A stretch of DNA of 49,603 bases, from IMG/VR virus record IMGVR_UViG_3300047409_000319, positions 1-49,603 of that record. The stretch is one strand, 5' to 3'. The position numbers and the translations under genes were made by a program. Positions 1 through 10,706 of the stretch are shown here, one piece after another. The notes under the pieces are model-generated. The model was not told the origin of the DNA and did not search any database. It saw only the letters and a list, made by a program, of their open reading frames with translations. Numbering within the stretch: position 1 is the first letter of the stretch; the number at the start of each line of letters is the position of its first letter. The stretch is from a virus. Taxonomy: Duplodnaviria; Caudoviricetes.

Positions 1-393
1 ATGACCCCAATTTCCAGGTCAGACTGGGCGGCATTGGCTGTGAAAAATCAGCCAGTTTCCTTACCTACTTCATATTGGTTTGATAGAACTAGTCCTCCTA
101 CGGTTTATTTATGGGGAACACCAACATTCACTGACCCACTTGAACTTCATTACTTCAGAATGCGGCGGGTGCAGGATGCTAATCCACAGGGAACACAAAC
201 CCCTGATATTCCCTACCGTTTTGAGGAAGCTTTGTGTGCTGATCTTGCTTTCATGCTTGCCATGAAATGGAAACAGGAAATTGCCCAAGATCTCAAAGCT
301 TATGCAATGGAAGTATGGGGTGAGGCGGCTGGTGAAGATCGAGAACGGGTAGTGTTGAATATGGCCCCACAAACATCGAGCCTTTATTCATGA
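1..393 (+). CDS. Head-tail adaptor / tail tubular-like protein (probably 5' partial)
   Basis: P-x-x-Y...VYLW-x-P...L-x-Y motif and C-terminal 'IPYRFEEAL..LA..LA.K' helix typical of phage adaptors; sits upstream of the nozzle gene. Confidence 0.55.
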   Translation: MTPISRSDWAALAVKNQPVSLPTSYWFDRTSPPTVYLWGTPTFTDPLELHYFRMRRVQDANPQGTQTPDIPYRFEEALCADLAFMLAMKWKQEIAQDLKAYAMEVWGEAAGEDRERVVLNMAPQTSSLYS

Positions 394-725
394 CCGTACT
401 TGGGAGTAATCAACGTGCTAGGGTTAATACTCGCTCACCCGAAGCATTTGCAATCTGTGATCGCTGTGGTTTCCTCTATAACCATGTAGATCTTCGCTGG
501 CAGTATGAATGGAGAGGTAATAACCTTACCAATACTCGGTTTTTAGTGTGTGCCCCCTGTTATGATGTTCCTTTCGAACTTAATCGCCCGAAGTATCTGC
601 CTCCTGATCCTGTACCAGTGCTTAATGCCCGTCCGCCGCAGTGGGCAACCGAAGAAGAAGGTACTGGTCCGAACCCAGATATAGACGTTATTCAACAATT
701 AATAGACCTTGACCAAGTGCCATGA
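390..725 (+). CDS. Small virion-module protein with CxxC...CxxC zinc motif
   Basis: CDRCG...VCAPCYD; overlaps both neighbours (ATGA coupling). Confidence 0.6.
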   Translation: MTVLGSNQRARVNTRSPEAFAICDRCGFLYNHVDLRWQYEWRGNNLTNTRFLVCAPCYDVPFELNRPKYLPPDPVPVLNARPPQWATEEEGTGPNPDIDVIQQLIDLDQVP

Positions 726-1438
726 CCCTTACGTATACTCAATATGGTACATTGATGGCACAACTACTTGCCATTAATCCATCGTCTACATTGACAACTA
801 CCAATATCCCATTGCTCAATGCGATGATTGATTATGCTGAATTGAGAATTTATAGAGAATTGGATTTTCTTAATACTCAGAAAGATTCAGATACTTCTGA
901 TTTGACTATAGGTACACGTACTATAACTATACCAGGAAATATCTTTATTGTCAATTCAGCTTATATTGTAACTCCAGCAAGTACAGCCTCAAATGCTGGT
1001 ACACGTATTCCATTGTCACGAGTTTCACTAGAGTTTTTAAATTTTATCTGGAACACAACTGCTACTAAAGGTGTTCCAACTTACTTTGCATTAGAAAATG
1101 ATACCACAATCGTGGTAGCACCGACCCCAGATGATACTTACCGGATAAATTGCGTGGGTGTGTATCGTCCTTTTCCACTATATACATCTACGGGTGGAAC
1201 ATTTATCACTGATAATCTTTCGGACCTGTTTGTGGCGGCAAGCTGTGTGTGGGGTTTTGGTGGTATTAACCAGAATTTTGGGTCAGCGGCTGATGATCCA
1301 CAGTCAGCACAGTCATGGGAAAATCAATATCAGCAGATAAAGAATGGAGTACAGATAGAAGCCCTACGTCAAAAGGCTTGGATGAATTCCTGGCAACCTT
1401 TCTCACCATCCCCAACAGCTTCTCAGAGTCGTACATAA
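722..1438 (+). CDS. Head-tail adaptor / tail tubular protein A-like
   Basis: 'IDYAELRIYREL' and 'GVPTYFA...IVVAPTPDDTY' motifs; directly before nozzle gene. Confidence 0.65.
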   Translation: MTLTYTQYGTLMAQLLAINPSSTLTTTNIPLLNAMIDYAELRIYRELDFLNTQKDSDTSDLTIGTRTITIPGNIFIVNSAYIVTPASTASNAGTRIPLSRVSLEFLNFIWNTTATKGVPTYFALENDTTIVVAPTPDDTYRINCVGVYRPFPLYTSTGGTFITDNLSDLFVAASCVWGFGGINQNFGSAADDPQSAQSWENQYQQIKNGVQIEALRQKAWMNSWQPFSPSPTASQSRT

Positions 1439-1441
1439 CCA

Positions 1442-3466
1442 ATGACTATGCAGAAACTGATACTTAATGCTGGGGTTACGACTGAAGCGACTGAAACGCT
1501 TGCTGGTGTACAGGGCCGTTGGTCTGAGAGCAATCTTATTCGGTTTAGAGACAATTACATTGAAAAAATGTTTGGGTGGGCAAATATATCTGAAGATATG
1601 GTGGATGGTATTGCCCGTACACTTCTGGGATTCCTAGATGCTAATTCCATAGCTTTCATTGCCATTGGTTCAAATACCCGTTTATCCGTATGGCAAAATG
1701 GAGTGATTTATGATATTACTCCGTTAAGAACTACAACTAACGTAGCTGTAAATCTCAATACAGTGATTAGTACTAAAGTAGTTCAGATTACTGACGCCAG
1801 TTTTGGAGGAACCACAGGAGATCAAATATTTATAGTTGTTCCACTTTCTGTCGGTGGTGTAACACTCTACGGTAACTACACACTAACATTAGTCACTGCA
1901 AATACATATACTATAGTCGCCAGCCATAACGCTACAAGTACTGTAACGGGGGGTGGTGCTGTTCCATCATATCATACCAATAATACCACCGCAACCGTGA
2001 ATGTTACTTTTGCCGCCCATGGATTGGTCAGTGGCAATATTTGGACTGTGCATGTTTCCACTACTGTTGGTGGATTAACACTACTTGGTGACTATATTAT
2101 ATCAAACGTGGCAACTAATACATTTGATATAACCGCTGCGGGTAACGCAACGAGTACTGCTACTGCTTCTGAAAATAGTGGTAATGCCCGTTATCAGTAT
2201 CTTATTCCTGCTGGTAAAGTTTCTTCAACCACAGCTACAGGGTATGGAACAGGAACTTGGGGTGGTGGCCCTTGGGGTGTTGGGTCAGGTTCAGTTTTTC
2301 TTCCATTACGCTATTGGTTCCTGGACAATTTTTCTGCAACATTGATAGCCTGTATTGGCTATGGGAAGATGTACACGTGGAACTCACCAATTACTAATCG
2401 AGCTACTTTACTTACTCAAGCTCCATCTATTAACACTGCAATGTTCATTGCAATGCCACAGCAACAGATTGTGTCATTGGGTGCTGAGGTATTGGGTACG
2501 CAAGACCCGCTTTTAGTACGTTGGTGTGATGCAGGAGTTTATACTGATTGGATAGCTTCAACCACTAATCAAGCAGGAAGTTATCGTCTTTCACGTGGTA
2601 CACGTATTGTAGGGGGTATCCAAGGACCATTGTCCGGGTTGATTTGGACAGATACTGACCTGTGGCAAATGCAATATGTTCAACCTCCGTTTATCTATAC
2701 ATTTAACCTAGTGGCTACGGGTATGGGGCTTATTTCCCCATTAGCGATGGGTATTCTAGGCCGAAATATCTATTGGATGTCCCAGCAAGGATTCTACATA
2801 TACGGTTCTGGTTCACCTTCTCCACTACCCTGTGATGTGTGGGATACTATATTCCAAGATTTAGACGGGCCAAATCAAGATAAGATCATTTGTGCAACTA
2901 ATTCTCATACTAATGAAATTGCATGGTTTTTCCCATCAACATCTGGTGGTACTGGTGAAATAGATGCATGTGTACGAGTAAATTCCAATGGACAGTGGGA
3001 TTATAGTCCACCAGGAACTCTTTTCGCCCGCACTGCATGGTCGGACGGAAATCTTCAAGGTCTCCCGACTGCTGTAACTTTAGACCATAATCTTGTTCAA
3101 CATGAAATAGGGATGAATGATAATTTATCACCTATGACCGGTGTACACGCTCATACAGGATATTTAGATATATCTGAGGGTCAGCAAATGATGTTGATTG
3201 ATCAGATTATCCCAGATTTCAAGTTAACTGGAACTGATCCAACGATAGAAATATCCCTTCATGTCTTGGATGAACCTACGGGTACGCCTATCACCTTTGG
3301 ACCTTATACAGTAAATCATAACACTTCTATGATTTCTATACTCCCCGCAGCAAGAGGAAGGCAGATTAGCTTTGAAATACGTTCTGAGGCTCTTAATACG
3401 TGGTGGAGACTTGGAGCTGTTCGTGTGCGCACTAGGCCCTCTGGCCGCAGGCCAATGACATTTTGA
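1442..3466 (+). CDS. Tail nozzle / tail tubular protein B-like (P22 gp10-like stabilisation protein)
   Basis: 674 aa, beta-rich; 'DPLLVRWCD...W..STTNQAGSYRL', 'GRQISFEI...WRLG..R' motifs; Thr-rich beta insert in the N-terminal half. Confidence 0.7.
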   Translation: MTMQKLILNAGVTTEATETLAGVQGRWSESNLIRFRDNYIEKMFGWANISEDMVDGIARTLLGFLDANSIAFIAIGSNTRLSVWQNGVIYDITPLRTTTNVAVNLNTVISTKVVQITDASFGGTTGDQIFIVVPLSVGGVTLYGNYTLTLVTANTYTIVASHNATSTVTGGGAVPSYHTNNTTATVNVTFAAHGLVSGNIWTVHVSTTVGGLTLLGDYIISNVATNTFDITAAGNATSTATASENSGNARYQYLIPAGKVSSTTATGYGTGTWGGGPWGVGSGSVFLPLRYWFLDNFSATLIACIGYGKMYTWNSPITNRATLLTQAPSINTAMFIAMPQQQIVSLGAEVLGTQDPLLVRWCDAGVYTDWIASTTNQAGSYRLSRGTRIVGGIQGPLSGLIWTDTDLWQMQYVQPPFIYTFNLVATGMGLISPLAMGILGRNIYWMSQQGFYIYGSGSPSPLPCDVWDTIFQDLDGPNQDKIICATNSHTNEIAWFFPSTSGGTGEIDACVRVNSNGQWDYSPPGTLFARTAWSDGNLQGLPTAVTLDHNLVQHEIGMNDNLSPMTGVHAHTGYLDISEGQQMMLIDQIIPDFKLTGTDPTIEISLHVLDEPTGTPITFGPYTVNHNTSMISILPAARGRQISFEIRSEALNTWWRLGAVRVRTRPSGRRPMTF

Positions 3467-4614
3467 TGGCTGTTACTCCTACAAATAATAATAATAATAG
3501 AAATAACCCGAATACTGGTGAAAACAGTAGTAGTTCAAGTGTTCTTGGACAGGAACAGGCTGTCCAAAATCTGAATAATATCGCCCAAATCTTGGGGCGT
3601 ATGACTACTAATGCTGAACAAAGTATTACTGGTACATATCAACCACTAAATACAGTACTGACATCTATTGCCGTATTAAGCGGTTCATTAGTCAGTCAAG
3701 ATGTAATGATTGCTACGGGTAGCACATCAGTTGGTCATTTAGCTAAGGGTTCTGATGGAACCATATTAAGTGTAGCTGCGGGTAATTTATCTTATCAAGG
3801 TTTATCAACCTTAATAAATAATGAATTTGGTACTACTCAAGGAGATATTATTTATAGATCAGCAACAGCTTGGGATAATTTAGCTGCTGGTGTATCAGGA
3901 AAATTTCTAAAGACGCAAGGTGCTGGTGCTGATCCTATCTGGGCTTCTTTACCAGCCGTACCTGCTCTTTCACTTGCATTACAAGTCTTTACGGCTGGTG
4001 GAACTTATACCCCTACAACGGGGATGATTTACGCTTTGCTCTTTACCGTAGGTGGGGGTGCGGGTGGTGGTGGTGCTGCTAGTTCCACAGGTATTGGGGA
4101 TGGTGGGGGTGGGGGTGGTGGCAGCACAAGTATCAGACTTGTTGCAGCAGCAACTGTTGGTGCAAGTAAAGTTGTTACAATCGGTGGGACGGCTAATGGG
4201 GGTACGTCTGGTAACAATAATGGCACTGCTGGTAATGACACATCCATTGGTACGCTTTGTGTTGGTAAGGGTGGGTCGGCAGGAGGTGGAGCGGCAGCAA
4301 ATTCATCAGGTTCGTCGGGTAATGGTGGTGTCGTCGGAACGGGTGATATTAGAATCATGGGAGAAGATGGACAGAATGGCGGCGCATCTACCTCGGTCAC
4401 AACTCCTCGATTCCCCGGTGGTGAAGGCGGTGCTTCTGGCATGGGTTTTGGTCTAGGTGGCAGATGGGCTGGAACTGCTTCGGTCACAGGAACCGCTGGT
4501 AGTCTCTATGGTGGTGGTGGTGCTGGTGGATTTACTGCCAATTCAGGTGGATCGGTTGCAGGGGGCACTGGGGCGGCAGGTCTTGCCTTTGTGATTGAAT
4601 TCGTGGTAGTGTGA
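3466..4614 (+). CDS. Glycine-rich tail fibre protein
   Basis: 'GDIIYR..AW..LAAG.SGKFLKTQGAGADP.W' linker, then a Gly-rich C-terminal domain ('VFTAGGTYTPT', 'GGGAGGGG'). Confidence 0.7.
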   Translation: MAVTPTNNNNNRNNPNTGENSSSSSVLGQEQAVQNLNNIAQILGRMTTNAEQSITGTYQPLNTVLTSIAVLSGSLVSQDVMIATGSTSVGHLAKGSDGTILSVAAGNLSYQGLSTLINNEFGTTQGDIIYRSATAWDNLAAGVSGKFLKTQGAGADPIWASLPAVPALSLALQVFTAGGTYTPTTGMIYALLFTVGGGAGGGGAASSTGIGDGGGGGGGSTSIRLVAAATVGASKVVTIGGTANGGTSGNNNGTAGNDTSIGTLCVGKGGSAGGGAAANSSGSSGNGGVVGTGDIRIMGEDGQNGGASTSVTTPRFPGGEGGASGMGFGLGGRWAGTASVTGTAGSLYGGGGAGGFTANSGGSVAGGTGAAGLAFVIEFVVV

Positions 4615-4615
4615 T

Positions 4616-5002
4616 ATGCGGTATGCAATTATATCTGATGGAGTAGTTCAACATGTAGTTGAACTTAATTCTAATTGGGCAGATGTTGGACAGCCTTGGT
4701 CTTGGACACCCCCTGATGGAGTTACAGTAGTTCAAACTGATACGGCAGGGAAGGGTTGGACTTATGATGGTGTAATATTTACAGCACCCCCGCCTAACCC
4801 TGATCCTACACCTACGGATGATGATATACGGAATGCATCTTTTCTATCTCAGACAGATAGACAAGATATGATAACACGATTAAAGACAGCTACCCCAGCA
4901 CAGATAGATACGTGGCTCGCGGCTAATGTGACAAATATGGCTCAAGCTAGAGCTGTACTCGGGGCACTTATCAAAGTGCTTGCAACTAATGCTCAAATCT
5001 AG
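4616..5002 (+). CDS. Tail fibre-associated / assembly protein
   Basis: 'YAII.DGVV..V...GWTYDG..FTAP' motif, directly after the Gly-rich fibre. Confidence 0.55.
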   Translation: MRYAIISDGVVQHVVELNSNWADVGQPWSWTPPDGVTVVQTDTAGKGWTYDGVIFTAPPPNPDPTPTDDDIRNASFLSQTDRQDMITRLKTATPAQIDTWLAANVTNMAQARAVLGALIKVLATNAQI

Positions 5003-5011
5003 GAGAAAGAA

Positions 5012-5299
5012 GTGGAACAGCAACTAGAACTTCTCCCGGAAGATCCTAAGCCAGTCCGTGTATTGGTGCCCAAGGGCAATGCACCTAAGCTTGGTGAAGT
5101 TAGCCTTGGTCAACTCCTTACTGTTCAACTTCCAAATGAACGTACCCGTGCTGAAGTAACTGAGGTAGTTGACCAGGATAATATCAAGGCTAAGCTGGTT
5201 ATCACACCAATGTCCAAATCACATATGTACCAGCTTAATCAAACTTTGCCATTTCACCGTATATCTGGAGTAATGGGTGATAGGTGGGAGGTAACTTGA
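5012..5299 (+). CDS. Hypothetical protein
   Basis: GTG start with AGGAG RBS; in operon. Confidence 0.6.
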   Translation: MEQQLELLPEDPKPVRVLVPKGNAPKLGEVSLGQLLTVQLPNERTRAEVTEVVDQDNIKAKLVITPMSKSHMYQLNQTLPFHRISGVMGDRWEVT

Positions 5300-5835
5300 T
5301 GCCTCTAATTCATTCTGGTTCCAAGAAGGCTGTTTCCAAGAATATTTCGGAGATGGTAAAGGCGGGCCATCCACAAAATCAGGCAGTGGCGGCAGCACTT
5401 AACAATCAACGGGAATATGCGGTCCATAAAGCGGGTGGTGGCCCGGTAACAGGCTTGCTCAAGTCCCCTGTGGCTGGCCGCACTGACCGCCTTCCGATCC
5501 ATGTTTTGGAGGATAGTTATGTAATTCCTGCTGATGTGGTTTCTGGTTGGGGTCAAGGAAATACGGACGCTGGGGGTAAATTATTGGATAATATGTTCAA
5601 TAAACACCTACAACTTGGAGAACAATATAGGTCCACTGGTGGGAGAACTGCAGTTCCACGGCAAATTCCCATTGTGGCGGCTGGAGGGGAGTATATTGTG
5701 CATCCATCTGCTGTTAGTGCCGTTGGTGGTGGGGATATACGCAAAGGTCATTCGATACTTGACAAGATGGTCCGTAGCAAGCGGATAAGAACCGCTAAGC
5801 ATATGCAACAGTTGCCGGGGCCAAGGATGAATTGA
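5299..5835 (+). CDS. Putative internal virion protein
   Basis: 'MPL..G.S.KAVS.NISEM..AG.PQ.QAVA.AL' N-terminus, 'GGPV', 'GRTD.LP..V...SYVIPADVVS', 'GGEY'; ATG at 5299 coupled to previous stop. Confidence 0.55.
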   Translation: MPLIHSGSKKAVSKNISEMVKAGHPQNQAVAAALNNQREYAVHKAGGGPVTGLLKSPVAGRTDRLPIHVLEDSYVIPADVVSGWGQGNTDAGGKLLDNMFNKHLQLGEQYRSTGGRTAVPRQIPIVAAGGEYIVHPSAVSAVGGGDIRKGHSILDKMVRSKRIRTAKHMQQLPGPRMN

Positions 5836-6338
5836 TGACTGACGAATTTTTCCCTGGAGTAAGTTTTGCTCGTCCTGAAGATGAGGATGAGATATTTGCT
5901 ATGCTTCTAGAACTACACAAGGAAAATGGATTATTCCTTGTAGATGAAATTAAAGTTAGGAAGGTTATTAGGTCAGCTACTAGATTGGGCGAACCTAATG
6001 ATAGGGGATTTATCGGGCTTATTCGTGGTGAACGTATCGAGGGTTCTGTTGGGTTATTGCTTGATCAATGGTGGTATACGTCTGAGTGGTGTTTACAGGA
6101 ACTTTGGTGTTTTGTCCATCCTGATTTTCGTCGACAGAACCATGCTCGCCGTTTAGTAGATTTTGCTAAATGGTGCTCTGATAAGATGGAAATGCGATTA
6201 GTTATGGGAATTATGTCAACTCAACGGACTGAAGCTAAAGAGCGGCTATACCGTCGTAAGTTGACACCTGTTGGTGGTTTATTTGCTCATAGCAATGGTG
6301 GCCCAGTGGTCACAGGAGCGCCAGATGTGCGGCAGTAA
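5835..6338 (+). CDS. GNAT-family acetyltransferase
   Basis: 'FVHPDFRRQNHARRLV' acetyl-CoA-binding motif A; usual position before ejection proteins. Confidence 0.8.
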   Translation: MTDEFFPGVSFARPEDEDEIFAMLLELHKENGLFLVDEIKVRKVIRSATRLGEPNDRGFIGLIRGERIEGSVGLLLDQWWYTSEWCLQELWCFVHPDFRRQNHARRLVDFAKWCSDKMEMRLVMGIMSTQRTEAKERLYRRKLTPVGGLFAHSNGGPVVTGAPDVRQ

Positions 6339-9222
6339 GTCTAATACGACCACTCAGCAGGTTCAGTTGCCAGCATATCTTCAGGATACATATCAGAACC
6401 TGATAAGTGCTGGCACAGCGGCGGCCAATAAGCCCTTACAGCAATATTCTGGGCCGACTGTTGCTGGGTTTACACCCATGCAGAAACAAGCATTTAAGCT
6501 TACTCAACAAGCCCAGGGAATGGGTATTCCGTATATCAATGCAGCACAGACAGCTTTTCAAAATGCATCAGGTCAAGCGGCTGGTGTAACGGCACCTTAT
6601 TATTCTGCTGCAATGGGCGATTTCTCACAAGCCAAGGGAAGTGCTGCTGGGGCATTGACACCTTACTTTAACCAAGCGCAGGGGTATTTAGGCCAAGCTG
6701 GTCAAGAGGTTTATCCTCAACTTCAAAAATATAATGCTGAAAATCTCCAGCAATATATGGACCCATATACTCAGAATGTCATCGATACAACGATGGCGAA
6801 TGTTCTCAAGAACAATGCTGTTGCTCAACAGGGGCTCAAGGGCACTGGCATGGGGATGGGTGTCTCTCCGACCTTGGGCGACCGCATGGGGTTGGGGCAA
6901 GCTGAACTTGAGCGCAATCAGGGATTAGCTAGAGATCAAACCATTGCCGGTCTTGAATCTCAAGGATTCCAGAATGCTCAGCAGCAACTATTAAACCAAC
7001 AGAATCTGCAAGCTAGTACACAGACTGCCGATTATAATCGTATGTTGGGCATTGGTCAGACTGAGGCCAATATGGGCGCAACTGCGGCTAATGTTACTAC
7101 TTCCGACCTTAACCGTATATTGGCTGCTGGTCAAGCTACAGGGCAACTCGGTACGGACCTTGCCAATGTTACTACTTCTGATCTTAATCGTCAATTGAGT
7201 GTTGGTCAAGGTGAACTGGCGGCGGGCAATCAGGCACAGAACCAAGCTTATCAGGGTATTAATGCTCTCCTTTCTCAAGGTGCCCAGAAACAGCAACTAA
7301 ATCAAATACAGCTAGATCAAGCAAAGGCAAATTTCCAACAGCAACAGGATTATCCACAGAACCAAATTTCATGGCTGGCTAATTTAGCCTATGGAACTCC
7401 GCATGGAACAACCACTACCACTACCCAACCACCCCCGTCAATTCTGAGTCAGATAGCTGGGGCGGCAACGGCTGGTCTTGGGCTGGCTGGGGTTGGTAGA
7501 AAGCGCGGTGGTGTGGTGCCGCATATGGATGATGGAGGTGTTGCAACAGATACAACTCCGGCACCTTTGTTTGAAGGTGGTCCGATATTCCAGCCTATTA
7601 AATTTAGATATTTGACTCAAGATAATTGGAGATATCAACCACCGACAACTCCATTTAATCCATATTTGCCCCAGCTTAATCCTGCAGACATGATGCCGAA
7701 TGGACCGTGGACCACTGCGTTGCCAGCCGGGGTATCTAGTGCATTTGATCGGATAGCTGCCGGGGTAGCGCCCCCGGCCGCTGCTGCTCCGGCAGCGGCC
7801 CCAGCGGCGCGTGGGCAAGGGTCTTCTTCCTCTGGAACCAAAGGCAAACGGGCGTTAACTGATGGGTCAACGGGGCGAATTCTCTTTTACTATGGCGATG
7901 GGGGTGTAGTAGCCCCCGGTGTACACATGGCTCCGGGTGGAAATGTGTTTGACCCATATGACGCTTCTTCATTCTGGAATACAGGTATCGATTCAGGAAT
8001 ACCGGATGCTCCTACAGATCCACGTTATTCGTCTTGGCCTACTGATCCTGGGGTTGGGGCTGGGGTTACACCACCCCCTGCACCCCCTGTACCTCCCGTT
8101 CCAGTCCCTACTGGGGTGTCAGTAGACCCCAGAGTAGCGGCTGCACGTACAGGCGGATTCGGTAGTCATATGAATATGCCGTTGCTTTATGCTGGGTTAG
8201 GCATGATGTCATCTAGTTCACCCTTCCCATTACAGGGTATTGGTGAAGGTGCCATGAAAGGTTTAGCCACAGCATCTGAATTGGATAAGAACCCAGTAGT
8301 AGATGATTCAGGCCCAACTGTACGTGTCTTTTATCCGTCTGAGCATAAATGGGAAGACACTGGTATTCCATCAACTAAGTACGCTGAACTCCACTTTAAG
8401 CAACAGTTGATGGGGTATACCCCCCAGCCATTAACTGATGCTGAAATGCAGCAATATGGTATTACTGCTGACCAAGTATCCAAGTATGGTCGCCCATATT
8501 GGGATTTGACACCCACAGGCAAGGCACCAAAGTTCCCAGCGACAGGGGGCGGCACTAATATCAATTTAGTGGGTGAAACTGCCCAAGAAAAGAGTTTAGG
8601 TTCACTTTATGGTAAGCGTCAAGATGCCATAACCCAAGCGTCAGTCAGTGCTCAAGATACTATAAATAATATTGAAGAGATAAAAACTTTACTTGCTCAA
8701 CCGGGTGTTGTTCAAGGAACAGCCGCAGATCAGATTAATGAAGTCAAGAAGTGGGGTGCAACTTTATTCCCCAATAAAGATTGGAAAGGTGTAGCAGAAC
8801 CAGCGGCGGCTTCGGCACTTATGAACCAATTTGCCCTGAAACTTCGCAATCCTGGTCAGGGTGCAGGTATGCCGGGTTCATTGTCCGACAGTGATCGGGT
8901 ATTCCTAACTTCCATGGCTCCAAGAATGACAAATCTTCCGGCATCTAATGCCTTAATCATGGATTGGACCGAAAAGTTGGCCCGTCGCAATATAGATATT
9001 GAACGTCTACGTGAAAGTTATGTAAACTCTGATACAGACTACTATGGTAATCCAAAGAAACGTGGATTAATAGACAGCGGATTTGAAGCTGCTGTAAATG
9101 ACTTTGCTATGCATCATCCCTTGGTTACTCCAGAAGAAAAATCACTAGCAGTTAAGTTGGTTGGTGACAGAACAGGTGCTGCACCAGATACATCAGTTGA
9201 TCCATTGGATTTACATCACTAA
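6325..9222 (+). CDS. Internal virion / DNA ejection protein
   Basis: ATG at 6325 with AGGAG RBS; 'MCGSK..TTTQ', Gln/Ala-rich helical repeats, 'YMDPYTQNVID', GG-V motifs. Confidence 0.7.
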   Translation: MCGSKSNTTTQQVQLPAYLQDTYQNLISAGTAAANKPLQQYSGPTVAGFTPMQKQAFKLTQQAQGMGIPYINAAQTAFQNASGQAAGVTAPYYSAAMGDFSQAKGSAAGALTPYFNQAQGYLGQAGQEVYPQLQKYNAENLQQYMDPYTQNVIDTTMANVLKNNAVAQQGLKGTGMGMGVSPTLGDRMGLGQAELERNQGLARDQTIAGLESQGFQNAQQQLLNQQNLQASTQTADYNRMLGIGQTEANMGATAANVTTSDLNRILAAGQATGQLGTDLANVTTSDLNRQLSVGQGELAAGNQAQNQAYQGINALLSQGAQKQQLNQIQLDQAKANFQQQQDYPQNQISWLANLAYGTPHGTTTTTTQPPPSILSQIAGAATAGLGLAGVGRKRGGVVPHMDDGGVATDTTPAPLFEGGPIFQPIKFRYLTQDNWRYQPPTTPFNPYLPQLNPADMMPNGPWTTALPAGVSSAFDRIAAGVAPPAAAAPAAAPAARGQGSSSSGTKGKRALTDGSTGRILFYYGDGGVVAPGVHMAPGGNVFDPYDASSFWNTGIDSGIPDAPTDPRYSSWPTDPGVGAGVTPPPAPPVPPVPVPTGVSVDPRVAAARTGGFGSHMNMPLLYAGLGMMSSSSPFPLQGIGEGAMKGLATASELDKNPVVDDSGPTVRVFYPSEHKWEDTGIPSTKYAELHFKQQLMGYTPQPLTDAEMQQYGITADQVSKYGRPYWDLTPTGKAPKFPATGGGTNINLVGETAQEKSLGSLYGKRQDAITQASVSAQDTINNIEEIKTLLAQPGVVQGTAADQINEVKKWGATLFPNKDWKGVAEPAAASALMNQFALKLRNPGQGAGMPGSLSDSDRVFLTSMAPRMTNLPASNALIMDWTEKLARRNIDIERLRESYVNSDTDYYGNPKKRGLIDSGFEAAVNDFAMHHPLVTPEEKSLAVKLVGDRTGAAPDTSVDPLDLHH

Positions 9223-10706
9223 TGGGCACGCTTGCTGACTTTCGCCAGAAATACCCGATGTACAACGACATGCCTGATGCGGCATTGGCGGACCGTTTGT
9301 ACAGCAAGTTTTATTCAGACATGCCCCGTGATGAATTTAACTCTAAAATTGGATTATCGGATAATTCACCTTCATTTGGGGAATCTGCGGGTGATGTTGC
9401 AGCACAAGGTGTTGATCGCCTTGCTGCTGGTGTACTTGATTTACCCGGTATAGGTGGTGATGCCAACATATTGGCTGGAGAAGTGGGCAATTGGATAGGC
9501 AACCGATACCGGGCTAATTTCGAGGGTCAAACTGAAGATGTACCCTATGATCCAGAGAAACGTATCACCAAGGGTATTCTTCCAACATCTGAAGATGTGA
9601 AAACATGGGCTGGCTACACACCGAGAGAGCCAACTACACCAGCGGGAAAGTTTACTGATAAATACTTGGGAGATATCATCGAAATGGCTCCAGGGGCTGT
9701 AGCCCTCGGTGGCGGGCCGGGGGCTTTGTTACGTAGTGGGGTTAAGGCTGGGGTGCGGCAAGTTGCCAGTCGGGTCATACGGGGCGCGGCGATCCCAGAT
9801 ATAGTGGGCAAAGGGACCAAGGTTGTTCTAGACCAAATTCCAGGTATCCCTGATAACGTCAAGGGCATGATCGAAACTGGGGCGGAGACATTAGCCGCTG
9901 TCGGCGCTCATGGGGTCAAAGGTCCAAACGTCAAAGGCATCGTCGCCTCCCGTGCAACGCAAGTTAAAACTGATATTATAGAAAAAGCTATCAAAGATGC
10001 TGAAGAAAGTGGTATAGGAAATCCCAACTTTAACCGGGAGCAGGCGTTACGAAATCAGTTTGCTGATATTATAAAAACCCCGGCTAAGTTCAACCAGTTC
10101 AGTGCGGCTGAACAACAGGCTATCAGGCAAACGGCTGGGGGTAAGACCCTTGAGAAGATAATGATGAAGCTTGGGACATATGCACCTGAGAATTTGAATT
10201 GGAAAGCTGCCAAGCCTTATGTGATTGGGGCTATTTTGGGTATGCCTAAGCTGGGGGCGGCAGTTTCAGGTGCGGCGGAAGGTGCCAAGCGGGTAACTAG
10301 CGAGATGACCAAGAGATCAGCTCAGACTACCTTGGGCATGGTAAAGGAAGGCATGGACCGTAAGATACCGAATTTCCCTGGGTTAAAGCCTGCCGCTGCC
10401 ACGGGTATAAAGGTGGCGGCCACGCCTACCCAGAAATGGGAATTGGTGGACCCTGAAGGCTATGTGCGGAGTACCACTATCACCAAATTTGGTGACCCAC
10501 CCCCAAGGATACTTTCATCTATTTATCCTGGTGTGCGTTGGCAGAAAGCCAAGCCGGATAAGATGCCGTTGATACAGGGTGGTGAACCAGCACTCATGGA
10601 TCCTGGAGCAGCGGCACCCGAAGATGCTGCACCGGAAGATGCAACCCTACCGGACCCAATAGATAATTCTGACAATCCATTTGCCGAATTTACGGGAGAC
10701 CAGTGA
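9222..10706 (+). CDS. Internal virion / ejection protein
   Basis: N-terminal 'FRQKYP.YNDM.D..LAD.LY.KFYSDM' motif; Gly/Ala-rich; coupled to previous gene. Confidence 0.6.
   Translation: MGTLADFRQKYPMYNDMPDAALADRLYSKFYSDMPRDEFNSKIGLSDNSPSFGESAGDVAAQGVDRLAAGVLDLPGIGGDANILAGEVGNWIGNRYRANFEGQTEDVPYDPEKRITKGILPTSEDVKTWAGYTPREPTTPAGKFTDKYLGDIIEMAPGAVALGGGPGALLRSGVKAGVRQVASRVIRGAAIPDIVGKGTKVVLDQIPGIPDNVKGMIETGAETLAAVGAHGVKGPNVKGIVASRATQVKTDIIEKAIKDAEESGIGNPNFNREQALRNQFADIIKTPAKFNQFSAAEQQAIRQTAGGKTLEKIMMKLGTYAPENLNWKAAKPYVIGAILGMPKLGAAVSGAAEGAKRVTSEMTKRSAQTTLGMVKEGMDRKIPNFPGLKPAAATGIKVAATPTQKWELVDPEGYVRSTTITKFGDPPPRILSSIYPGVRWQKAKPDKMPLIQGGEPALMDPGAAAPEDAAPEDATLPDPIDNSDNPFAEFTGDQ

Noticed and set aside
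3483-3510. AAT trinucleotide run
   Set aside because: In-frame poly-Asn at the fibre N-terminus; no sign of phase variation
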